Below, piece after piece: positions 1 to 7,526 of a stretch of 19,909 nt of DNA. The DNA lies in assembly GCA_030378105.1 (NCBI GenBank), contig JAUCGL010000088.1:1-19909 (forward strand), given 5' to 3'. The position numbers and the translations under genes were made by a program. This DNA comes from Candidatus Halobeggiatoa sp. HSG11 (lineage in GTDB: Bacteria > Pseudomonadota > Gammaproteobacteria > Beggiatoales > Beggiatoaceae). The first letter of the stretch is position 1; each line of letters begins with the position of its first letter. The notes under the pieces are model-generated. The model saw only the letters and a program-made list of their open reading frames with translations, was not told the origin of the DNA and did no database searches.

Positions 1-375
1 GACGTTGCTTTGGTATCATTAATGTTGGACATTTGTTCCAACGCATATTTTTGGATACTTCAGATAGAAAATTATATGCTTTATAATCAATATATTATAT
101 TCAACGCAAATTACCAAAGAGCCAATAAAATCTACCATTTTGAAGGTTCGGTGGGTTTCCACTTCGTTCCTACTCACCCTACGAAAAACCATTTAAGTTA
201 AAGAAATTTTTTTGGAGTTCAAAGTGAAGCTTTGTATTATTTATTTTAATAATCTTAAGCTACAATTTGAATTCCAACTGCTTAATTTAATAGCAATACT
301 CCTTCTTAACTAAGAAAGGAATGGAAGAGGTATATAAACGATAAATATTATAAGTACAAAAATAAGTTAAAGATT

Positions 376-1089
376 TTAATCAATATTCAAATCAACCTGT
401 TGCAATAAATTTGCTCGCATTTGTCGTAACTGGCTAGAATCTTTAGAAGTTTGAATATGTTTAGATAACTCATCCAAAGCATCATACCAAAAACCATGTT
501 TAGCATAAATCAATGGCAATTTGTCTTTAGAACTAGCCTTTAATTCCGTAGTTAATTGAGCAGTTGGTTTAATCCGTATTATGCTGCCAGTAGCACTGAC
601 ATCTAAACTGGGATAATCTTTATGGCAATTAATGGACAAATTAATTTGGTATTTGATTCCCGGTATTAATTCAAAATCTGGTATCGGCAAAGCCTGTATC
701 CCTTTGGAAACTGACATTTTAAATTCCTTTTTAACTAACGGTGGGGCAAATTCAAAATCATTATCTGTAGCCAATTTATCTATTATTAATAACAATTCAG
801 CATCTTGCAATGGTTGCGATACCCACCAATACAAAATTGGATGAGATGATATAGTTTTACCAGTATTTTTAGGCACTAATAAACGCAAAGCAAAATCATC
901 TTGCATTTGAGTACAAGTACCACGCATACCTCGCATACCTCGCATACCACGAATTCCGCGTACATCAGCTTTAAACTCACGGACATTATCGTTAAATTCT
1001 GCCCCTTGATAAGAAATTTTATCCAATGCAGTCACATTCATTACAGCAAACATTGCTAGACTTAAAGTTATAAATTTGATACTATTCAT
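376..1089 (-). CDS. Secreted hypothetical protein with an N-terminal signal peptide and an internal RGI/RGM/RGM/RGM/RGT tripeptide repeat. A DUF928-like family is possible but cannot be verified from sequence alone.
   Basis: ORF 376..1116; the likely true start is the internal Met (MNSIKFITLSLAMFAVMNVTA|LD) at 1089, preceded by GAGGA 8 nt upstream. Hydrophobic h-region followed by an AxA-like cleavage site. No recognisable catalytic motifs. Divergently oriented to the CHAT gene. Confidence 0.6.
   Translation of the reverse strand: MNSIKFITLSLAMFAVMNVTALDKISYQGAEFNDNVREFKADVRGIRGMRGMRGMRGTCTQMQDDFALRLLVPKNTGKTISSHPILYWWVSQPLQDAELLLIIDKLATDNDFEFAPPLVKKEFKMSVSKGIQALPIPDFELIPGIKYQINLSINCHKDYPSLDVSATGSIIRIKPTAQLTTELKASSKDKLPLIYAKHGFWYDALDELSKHIQTSKDSSQLRQMRANLLQQVDLNID
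914..958 (-). repeat. In-frame 9-bp tandem repeat (5 units, consensus cgcatacct on the + strand) encoding (RGM)n inside the secreted protein.
   Basis: Direct reading: taccacg/catacctcg/catacctcg/cataccacg/aattccgcg. The protein shows DVRGIRGMRGMRGMRGT. Confidence 0.8.
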
Positions 1090-1197
1090 AATATTTTCCT
1101 CAATATTGAATGACAAAGACCTTAATTAAGTTTTCAAAACTTAAATTGGTCTGTTGAAAATCATTTTACTACAATTTTAAAATTAGGAGTAATTTTT

Positions 1198-3405
1198 ATG
1201 ATTTCTAGGCTATTTTTTTGTGTATTAATATTATGTGTTACTGAAACGTTTGCCACTCAAAAGAGTCAAGATTTTTATCAACAAGGAAATTTTGCTCAAG
1301 CGATTCGTAATTTGGAACAATCAATAACACAATTACAACCGGGTAGTACAGAACATTTTAACGCTATTATCCGTTTAGCAGTGGCTAACCAAAAAGCTGG
1401 CAATAATTACACCACCGCTTATGATTTATTTCAACAAGCTTTGACTTTAAGTAATGATAATACGGCTCGTCAAGTTCTAGTGCATAGTTATTTAGGCGAT
1501 TTATTGCTAGTTATGCAACAATCAGACGAAGCAATAACCCAGATGGAGAAACATTTAGAGACAGCTCGTTCTTTAGATGATTCAGCGATTTTAGTCAATT
1601 TTTTGAATAATCTCGGCAATGCTTTGGCTGTTGAGCAATATTATAAATCAGCTTTTCAGATGTATCAAGAAGCAATTGAAATAGCTCAACGTATTGATAA
1701 CCAAAACTTATATATCCAAACTCTGCTCAACCAATTACGACTTGATTCTAAGTTAAATTCTTTGGAACCAAAAAAACTTGCTGAAGCAGTTACCTTGATA
1801 GAAAAACTACCTGCTAATTATGATAAGGCTTTTTATTTACTTAGTGTTGGAGAGCTATCTTTACATGGAAATGGACAACAAGCTAATAAAATATTATCCC
1901 AAGTTTTAATCTTAGCCAAAAAATATCAAAATAATCGCTTACTCTCTCATGCTAAAGGTTTTTTAGGTGAATTGTACGGACAACAACATCGCTATGATGA
2001 GGCTTTGTTATTAACAAGAGAAGCTGTTTTTGCTGCTCAAGATATTCCAGATACTTTATATATTTGGGAAACCCAGTTGGGGCATATTCTGTTGGCTCAA
2101 AAAAAATTGGCAGAAGCTTTAATAATGTTTAGACAAGCTTTAGAACATTTACAATTAATTCGCCAAAAATTGAATGTTGGTTTGCATAATTCACAAGACA
2201 ATTTTTACCAACATATTCAGCCAATTTATTACAGTATTGCAGATATTTTATTGCAACAAGCAAAACTGGCTACTGATGATAAAAAGGATTTGTTAATTCA
2301 AGCAAGAGATACAATTGAGCAATTAAAGGAAGCAGAATTGCAAGATTACTTTCAAAATGAATGTATTTCAGCAGTTAAATCTAGTATAAAACAATTAGAT
2401 AATTTGGGCGAAAATACAGCAGTGTTTTACCCTATATTATTGAAAAATCGCATAGAATTATTAATTAATATAGGAACTGAATTAAAGCAAGTTGTCATTC
2501 CAGTTTCTCATGCGGAAGTCAATGCAACAGTGTTGGAATTTCGTTCTAATTTACAACGGACTACAGAAGGTAGTTTTATCGTACAAGCCAAACAGCTTTT
2601 TCAATGGTTAATCGCTCCTTTACAAGAGGAATTTGATAAGCATAAAATTAACACGTTGATAATTGTTCCAGACGGTATATTGCGTACTATTCCTATGTCT
2701 GCGTTATATAATCCAACTAAAAAACGTTTTCTGTTTCATCAATTTGCTTTGGTGACAACTCCTAGTTTAAGACTAACCGATCCGCATAAACTGCCTCGCA
2801 AAAATGTCCAAATAATGTTAAATGGTCTATCGGAAGCCGTGCAGGGTTTTACTCCGTTACCAAATGTTATACAAGAGATTGAACAGATTGATAATATTTT
2901 TAACAAAAAGGAAGTGTTATTAAATAAGGATTTTTCACTGGAAGCAGTTAATCAGGCTCTACAAGCTGCTCCTTATGAAATTATACATATTTCTTCACAT
3001 GGTCAATTTGATCGTAATCCTAAGAAAAGTTTTTTACTTACCTATGATAGCAAGTTGACAATGGATCGATTGGAAAAATTATTTCGAGTAACTGGATTAA
3101 GGAAGAAACAGGTAGAGTTATTGACTTTGAGTGCTTGTCAAACGGCTGTTGGTGATGAAAGGGCTGCATTAGGATTGGCCGGTGTGGCACTTAAGGCTGG
3201 GGCAAGAAGTGCGTTGGCAAGTCTTTGGTTTGTGGATGATGAAGCAACTTCTCAATTGATAGCTGAATTTTATCAACAGTTGCAAAATCCAGAATTATCC
3301 AAAGCTCAAGCTTTGCAAAATGCTCAACGGAAATTGGCTAAACAAAGACGTTTTCGACATCCAGCTTATTGGGCTCCATTTTTGTTGATTGGGAATTGGT
3401 TGTAA
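1198..3405 (+). CDS. TPR-repeat + CHAT domain (caspase-like, clan CD) protein with a predicted Sec signal peptide.
   Basis: 735 aa. N-terminus MISRLFFCVLILCVTETFA|TQ is signal-peptide-like. The N-terminal ~450 aa are TPR-like helical repeats (AxxAxxxY/LxxAL patterns). The C-terminus carries CHAT hallmarks: the His motif IHISSHGQF (His codon 2998..3000) and the Cys motif LLTLSACQTAVGDE (Cys codon 3136..3138), followed by SALASLWFVDD. AGGAG lies upstream of the ATG. Confidence 0.85.
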   Translation: MISRLFFCVLILCVTETFATQKSQDFYQQGNFAQAIRNLEQSITQLQPGSTEHFNAIIRLAVANQKAGNNYTTAYDLFQQALTLSNDNTARQVLVHSYLGDLLLVMQQSDEAITQMEKHLETARSLDDSAILVNFLNNLGNALAVEQYYKSAFQMYQEAIEIAQRIDNQNLYIQTLLNQLRLDSKLNSLEPKKLAEAVTLIEKLPANYDKAFYLLSVGELSLHGNGQQANKILSQVLILAKKYQNNRLLSHAKGFLGELYGQQHRYDEALLLTREAVFAAQDIPDTLYIWETQLGHILLAQKKLAEALIMFRQALEHLQLIRQKLNVGLHNSQDNFYQHIQPIYYSIADILLQQAKLATDDKKDLLIQARDTIEQLKEAELQDYFQNECISAVKSSIKQLDNLGENTAVFYPILLKNRIELLINIGTELKQVVIPVSHAEVNATVLEFRSNLQRTTEGSFIVQAKQLFQWLIAPLQEEFDKHKINTLIIVPDGILRTIPMSALYNPTKKRFLFHQFALVTTPSLRLTDPHKLPRKNVQIMLNGLSEAVQGFTPLPNVIQEIEQIDNIFNKKEVLLNKDFSLEAVNQALQAAPYEIIHISSHGQFDRNPKKSFLLTYDSKLTMDRLEKLFRVTGLRKKQVELLTLSACQTAVGDERAALGLAGVALKAGARSALASLWFVDDEATSQLIAEFYQQLQNPELSKAQALQNAQRKLAKQRRFRHPAYWAPFLLIGNWL

Positions 3406-3414
3406 GTTGGTTGT

Positions 3415-3655
3415 TTGAATCAGAATTAACAGAATTATAGAATTTTCAGGATAAATTCACAAACTTATTTGGTTTAATCCTGTCAATCCTGATTCTGACA
3501 ATTAATTCTCAAACAGTTGCAAATCATATAATTTTCTGGTTAAATAGATTGTAAGTAGCTTGTGGGCAGTTTTTCGACAACCCCAAGCCTAGACAATTAA
3601 CTATTATCACTAGTCTTGCCGTGCAATCATTATAGCATGGTGACTTGCTTCCAAA
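3415..3655 (-). mobile_element. Truncated IS1-family remnant: the 3' part of the insB-like transposase ORF plus the IS end. About 85% identical to 10124..10335.
   Basis: Direct alignment to 10124..10335 (shared tgcaaatcatataattttctggttaaatag and caaccccaagcctagacaattaactat...tagtcttgccgtgcaatcatta). That region on the minus strand encodes the InsB-like C-terminus CTARLATIVNCLGL. Confidence 0.55.
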
Positions 3656-3664
3656 GGCAAATTT

Positions 3665-4675
3665 ATGTTATCACATTTATATATTGTTCAATCTAAAAAT
3701 GGTCTAATCAAAATAGGCCGTAGTAAATGTCCCAAAAGACGTATCACTGAAATAGCTAAAGCCACCGGTACAAAAGTTATTAAGCAACATATATCTCCAC
3801 TCTGTTTGAATGCCCATAAAATTGAGCGGTATTTACATAAACATTTTGCTAAACATCGACAAGAAGGTGAATGGTTTGATATTGATTTTGAAACAGCTGT
3901 TGACGAAGCTGAAAAACAGAAATTCCAAACTGAAGAGCCAAGTAAAATGATGCCATTTGAATTTAATGGTGACAAAATACGTACTTTGACTGATGAAAAA
4001 GGTGAACCTTGGTTTGTAGCTAAAGATGTTTGTAAAGTTGTAGAAATTAGTAAATACCGTGATGCTATTGCAAAACTTGATGATGATGAAAGGATGTCCA
4101 TGATTGTGGACACCCTTGGTGGAAAGCAAAGAATGGTGTGTGTTAATGAATTTGGATTATACACACTCATACTCATGTCACAAAAACCTCAAGCTAAACA
4201 AGTTCGGCGTTGGGTAACTCACGAAATCCTCCCAAGTATCCGCAAAACTGGCCAGTATTCTATTCCAACTAATCAACAACTGAAAGGTAAAGTTGAGCAG
4301 AAGACTTTTGAGAGTTTCATTGCTGACTGTTTTATTCCCGATTCAACCAATAAGGAAAGAGCTAGAGATATTTATTTAATTTATCAAGGTTGGTGTTTGC
4401 AGAATAAATGTGAGGCTCGAACAATTCAATGGGTTGGAATGCAACTAAGGAAACAAGGTTATGGTAAAAGCAAATGTCCACCTAATGGTGTGGCCTGTTG
4501 GCATGGATTCCGACTGAATAATTTGGCTTGCCCAGCCAATCCAAGTAATTTGGAGGATTTACAGAGCTATCTATCTGCTTTGAGTAAAAATCTCGCTACT
4601 GGAATGCAATATTCTAATACGGAGTTATTGAGTTTGATTAATACTGCTAATCAGAAGGTTATGGCAATTCAATAA
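3665..4675 (+). CDS. Phage-like protein with an N-terminal T5orf172/GIY-YIG-like domain, a central Bro-N (BRO family N-terminal, antirepressor-type) domain, and a Cys-rich C-terminal region of unknown function.
   Basis: N-terminus: LYIVQSKNGLIKIGRSKCPKRRITEI...EGEWFDIDFETAVDEAEK, the T5orf172/MUG113-like motif (IKIG.S..P..R...L). Middle: FEFNGDKIRTLTDEKGEPWFVAKDVCKVVEI...VDTLGGKQRMVCVNEFGLYTLILMSQKPQAKQVRRWVTHEILPSIRKTGQY, the canonical Bro-N pattern. AGG lies 7 nt upstream of the ATG. Flanked by IS-end repeats. Confidence 0.75.
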   Translation: MLSHLYIVQSKNGLIKIGRSKCPKRRITEIAKATGTKVIKQHISPLCLNAHKIERYLHKHFAKHRQEGEWFDIDFETAVDEAEKQKFQTEEPSKMMPFEFNGDKIRTLTDEKGEPWFVAKDVCKVVEISKYRDAIAKLDDDERMSMIVDTLGGKQRMVCVNEFGLYTLILMSQKPQAKQVRRWVTHEILPSIRKTGQYSIPTNQQLKGKVEQKTFESFIADCFIPDSTNKERARDIYLIYQGWCLQNKCEARTIQWVGMQLRKQGYGKSKCPPNGVACWHGFRLNNLACPANPSNLEDLQSYLSALSKNLATGMQYSNTELLSLINTANQKVMAIQ

Positions 4676-4677
4676 TG

Positions 4678-4712
4678 TCTGAATCAGGATTTTCAGGATA
4701 AATTCACAAGCT
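4678..4712 (+). repeat. Solo IS1-like end fragment (ctgaatcaggattttcaggataaattcacaagct).
   Basis: Matches the ends of the 3415, 7437 and 10124 copies. Confidence 0.6.
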
Positions 4713-4806
4713 ATAGACATTCATAAAAATACATTTGTGTGAAACCTGCGAGGTTTTGGAAACCTCGTAGGTTTTTGTGAAGTTATTTATCTGAAAAACT
4801 ATAGTT
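4706..4806 (+). repeat. Hairpin-containing ~100-bp MITE-like element (family H). Core hairpin: aaacctgcgagg-ttttggaaa-cctcgtaggttt.
   Basis: Near-perfect 12-bp stem with one G-U pair. Whole element matches the reverse complement of 10878..10985. The hairpin module is related to 17984..18018. Confidence 0.7.
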
Positions 4807-4855
4807 TTGTTTCATCCTGTCCATCCTTTAATCCGTTAAATCCTATTCAAAACAC

Positions 4856-7408
4856 TTAAATATTACTCACCAACAATTCTGGCCGACAACTTGTCCAATC
4901 AACCTGTTTAGCTTCTTTAACTTCAGTTTTTAAATCAATATCTTCTTCCTCTTCAATAAGCACTAATTCGTTAGCAATAAAATCGGCTGGGGAAGGTTGG
5001 CTGCCAGTTAAATGGAATACATAGAAAGTGCTTGGTTCCATTATGTCTTCAATGGTGCAAGGTCGTCTCATATGGGCGGCAGCATTGAGGAAATTGATAC
5101 CAAAAGCTTTTAAGGCTCCGGTTAAATCAACATCTATGGACTCAATTGCTACTTCGCCATCTAAACCCAAATTTGAGGAAGCACTTATTAAACTATTTGG
5201 AGAAGTTATGAATTGGTCAGCAACAATGCGAATATTGCCACCATGTCCTGCATCAGCTTGGGCTTTGATTTGACCTTGATTCAATACCACGAAATTGGGA
5301 TTTTCAATCGTTATATTGCCTCCATCCCCGCTACCACCTTGTACGCTGGTAGTCATTTGCCCTTCTCGCAAAAACAGTAAGTTTGGAGTGACGATAGTCA
5401 TATTACCACCGGTGGCGTGTTTGGCAGAGGTAGTGATTGTGCTACCATTGGTTATTTTTATCGTATTGGCTTGTACGGCAACATTACCGGCATTACCGGT
5501 TCCCATAGCGTTAGCTGTAATTATTCCACCATCTTTAATGTTAAGATGATTGGTTTCCACTTTAACATTCCCACCTTGTCCAATACCTAAAGATTGAGTA
5601 GAAATAGTACCAGCAGAATTGGTGATATTATCCGTAGCAATAACATGTACATTGCCACCAGGACCTTGTCCAATAAATATTTTTTTTCCTATCAAACCAC
5701 CGCTAGCACTGTTAATTTCAGAACCAGCTCCCATGAATAAATTATTTATGCTAACAGTGACATCTCCAGCTACACCTTCACCAAGCGTACCTGCACTAAT
5801 CCCGGCATAATCATCTATAATAAGATCATTAGCAGCAACAGAAATATTACCGGCAGCACCTTTACCAAAACTCATAGTGACAATGCCAGATTGGTTATTT
5901 TCAAGAGTAATCACACTGATAATAAGTAATCCTAAACGTCTTCCACTTATAGACATTGTGTTGGAGTTAATGTTTATTTTGCCGCCATTTCCATCTCTAA
6001 AAGCTGTGGATGTAATCAGACCACCACCGGTTATAATTATTTTATCGGCATTCACCGTAATGTCATTGCTGTCAGATATTCCATAATTATCGGTTGAAAT
6101 CGAACCACCAGCTATATTTAAAAGTCCAGTAGTGATAGTAATACTACCTGATTTTCCACCATTGTAGGAGGTCACAGTGGCTAAAGTACTAATATTATCT
6201 TGTTTAGTAGTACCCAGAATAACAACCCTTCCCTTTCGTCGACCTGATATAAAAACGGATTCCGTGGCATTAATATTGATATCGCCACTTTGCCCTTTGC
6301 CATAGGTCTCACTACCAACGATACCTCCTTTATCCAGTAATATTTGTTTGGCTTTGATCGATATATCACCTGCATCACCGGTATCAAAATTGGTGCTTCC
6401 AATGACGCTTCCAGTGACTGTCAAATAAGGAACATTAATAGTTATAGCACCCGCATTACCACTATCCATCGCGTCATTCATTATAGCGTAAAATTCTCCT
6501 TTAATATCAATACTATCTGTCAATTTCAGGTTAATACCCTTACCATTCTCATCGGCCATCGTCTTGGCTTGAATGACCGCATCATCCATGAAAAATTGTC
6601 CACCACGAACAAAAACACTGCCACTGCCTCTACCACTGACTTCCATTAAGGTATTATTAGCTGTTATGGTTCCACCTTCAGCATTCAAGTCTAATCCAGA
6701 CTCGCTTGGAATAACTTCACCTTGAGAAGCTACACTCGCCAAATTAATTCGTCCCGCTAGTGCAGATAATTTAGAACTAGCAAAAATCACCATGAATCCT
6801 TGTTCATCAAACACTATCGGAGAATTACCGTTCAAATTTAAATCTCCACCAATTAATGATAAAGTTTGTCCATAAGGCACAGCCAATGTACTGTCTTGTG
6901 TAGAAATTGATTTGGGAGAATCAGTCAAAAAACCAAAACTTGCAATCGGCGCAATCGTCAACAAACTATCACTCGGATTAAGCGCATCAAACCGCCCATT
7001 TTCTCCCAAACGTAAATAGTCAGCAGTGCTGGCATGAAAAGAGCCTTGCACATCCAATTGAGCATTCGGCCCAAACATAATTCCATACGGGTTAAGAAAA
7101 TACATATCTGCATTGGGAATTGTCGAACGGATTAAACCATCAATGTTAGAAGGATTGCCACCAGTTACGCGACTTAAGATATTCTGCACACTGTTTGGCC
7201 CAGAGAAGGTGGCACTTTCCGCGCTATTCAAATTAAAGTCTTGGAAGCTGTGGAAGAGATTACCTCCATGTTGTTGACCCAAATCAGCACCAATTTGAAA
7301 ATCAGGACCGGGTAAATTGATATTTTGGCCGAGTGTACCGTCAGTTACTATTTCGGCGTTGGAGGATAAAGTGATGATTAATAAAGATGCTATTGTTAAA
7401 TGTTTCAT
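4856..7408 (-). CDS. TPS-domain (haemagglutination-activity / filamentous haemagglutinin N-terminal domain) exoprotein. Gly-rich beta-helix repeat body; TpsA-like, paralog 1.
   Basis: 850 aa. Signal peptide MKHLTIASLLIITLSSNA|E. TPS hallmarks: TDGTLGQ...GGNLFHSFQDFNLNS...NILSRVTGGNPSNIDG...FLNPYGIMFGPNAQLDVQGSFHAST (NPNGI-type motif). The body is GGNI/GxG repeats. TPS domain at ~6930..7350. Confidence 0.85.
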   Translation of the reverse strand: MKHLTIASLLIITLSSNAEIVTDGTLGQNINLPGPDFQIGADLGQQHGGNLFHSFQDFNLNSAESATFSGPNSVQNILSRVTGGNPSNIDGLIRSTIPNADMYFLNPYGIMFGPNAQLDVQGSFHASTADYLRLGENGRFDALNPSDSLLTIAPIASFGFLTDSPKSISTQDSTLAVPYGQTLSLIGGDLNLNGNSPIVFDEQGFMVIFASSKLSALAGRINLASVASQGEVIPSESGLDLNAEGGTITANNTLMEVSGRGSGSVFVRGGQFFMDDAVIQAKTMADENGKGINLKLTDSIDIKGEFYAIMNDAMDSGNAGAITINVPYLTVTGSVIGSTNFDTGDAGDISIKAKQILLDKGGIVGSETYGKGQSGDININATESVFISGRRKGRVVILGTTKQDNISTLATVTSYNGGKSGSITITTGLLNIAGGSISTDNYGISDSNDITVNADKIIITGGGLITSTAFRDGNGGKININSNTMSISGRRLGLLIISVITLENNQSGIVTMSFGKGAAGNISVAANDLIIDDYAGISAGTLGEGVAGDVTVSINNLFMGAGSEINSASGGLIGKKIFIGQGPGGNVHVIATDNITNSAGTISTQSLGIGQGGNVKVETNHLNIKDGGIITANAMGTGNAGNVAVQANTIKITNGSTITTSAKHATGGNMTIVTPNLLFLREGQMTTSVQGGSGDGGNITIENPNFVVLNQGQIKAQADAGHGGNIRIVADQFITSPNSLISASSNLGLDGEVAIESIDVDLTGALKAFGINFLNAAAHMRRPCTIEDIMEPSTFYVFHLTGSQPSPADFIANELVLIEEEEDIDLKTEVKEAKQVDWTSCRPELLVSNI

Positions 7409-7436
7409 TTTGTTTTCCGAATAAAGATTAACATAA

Positions 7437-7517
7437 TTATAGGATTTTCAGGATAAATTCACAAGCTAGTTTTATTCCATCTTGTTAATCCTCAAATTCT
7501 GTAAATCCTGATTCAGA
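7437..7517 (+). repeat. ~80-bp IS1-end-derived MITE-like element with imperfect terminal inverted repeats (aggattttcagga ... tcctgattcagac). Forms the 5' leader of TpsA paralog 1.
   Basis: Aligns with 10149..10210 (ttttcaggataaattcacaagctagtttt[a/g]ttccatc[t/c]tgttaat). Sits 29–110 nt upstream of the 7408 start, the same spacing as the copy upstream of paralog 2. Confidence 0.6.
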
Positions 7518-7526
7518 CAAAGACAA

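Noticed and set aside
1-375. 63-aa ORF 10..201 and the upstream region.
   Set aside because: No SD and no recognisable domain. AT-rich intergenic-like sequence. Cannot be supported as a gene.
376-1116. Possible bacterial gasdermin (~240 aa protein next to a CHAT/caspase-like protease).
   Set aside because: The protein has a signal-peptide-like N-terminus and an RGM tandem repeat. It is divergently transcribed from the CHAT gene, and the CHAT protein itself is exported. Gasdermin/protease pairs are cytoplasmic and co-directional, and no gasdermin-like motifs were recognised.
3688-4176. Minus-strand ORFs 3688..4176 and 3833..4129.
   Set aside because: They are embedded antisense in the Bro-N/T5orf172 CDS. 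Low-complexity Ser/Phe-rich translation.
4856-5122. Polymorphic-toxin (CdiA-CT-like) C-terminal domains on the TpsA paralogs with downstream immunity genes.
   Set aside because: The tails are only 81–88 aa and retain a shared M[RK]xPC...SxFxV core. No small immunity ORF follows either gene, and there is no VENN/PT-like demarcation motif. Variation is noted, but a toxin assignment is unsupported.
5028-6649. Several plus-strand ORFs (5028..5273, 5295..5549, 5619..5810, 5877..6086, 6344..6649) and minus ORF 6181..6402 inside the TpsA gene.
   Set aside because: They are antisense or alternate-frame products of Gly-codon-rich repetitive DNA. They are low-complexity (Pro/Leu/Ile-rich), have no starts with SD, and are wholly embedded in a strongly supported CDS.
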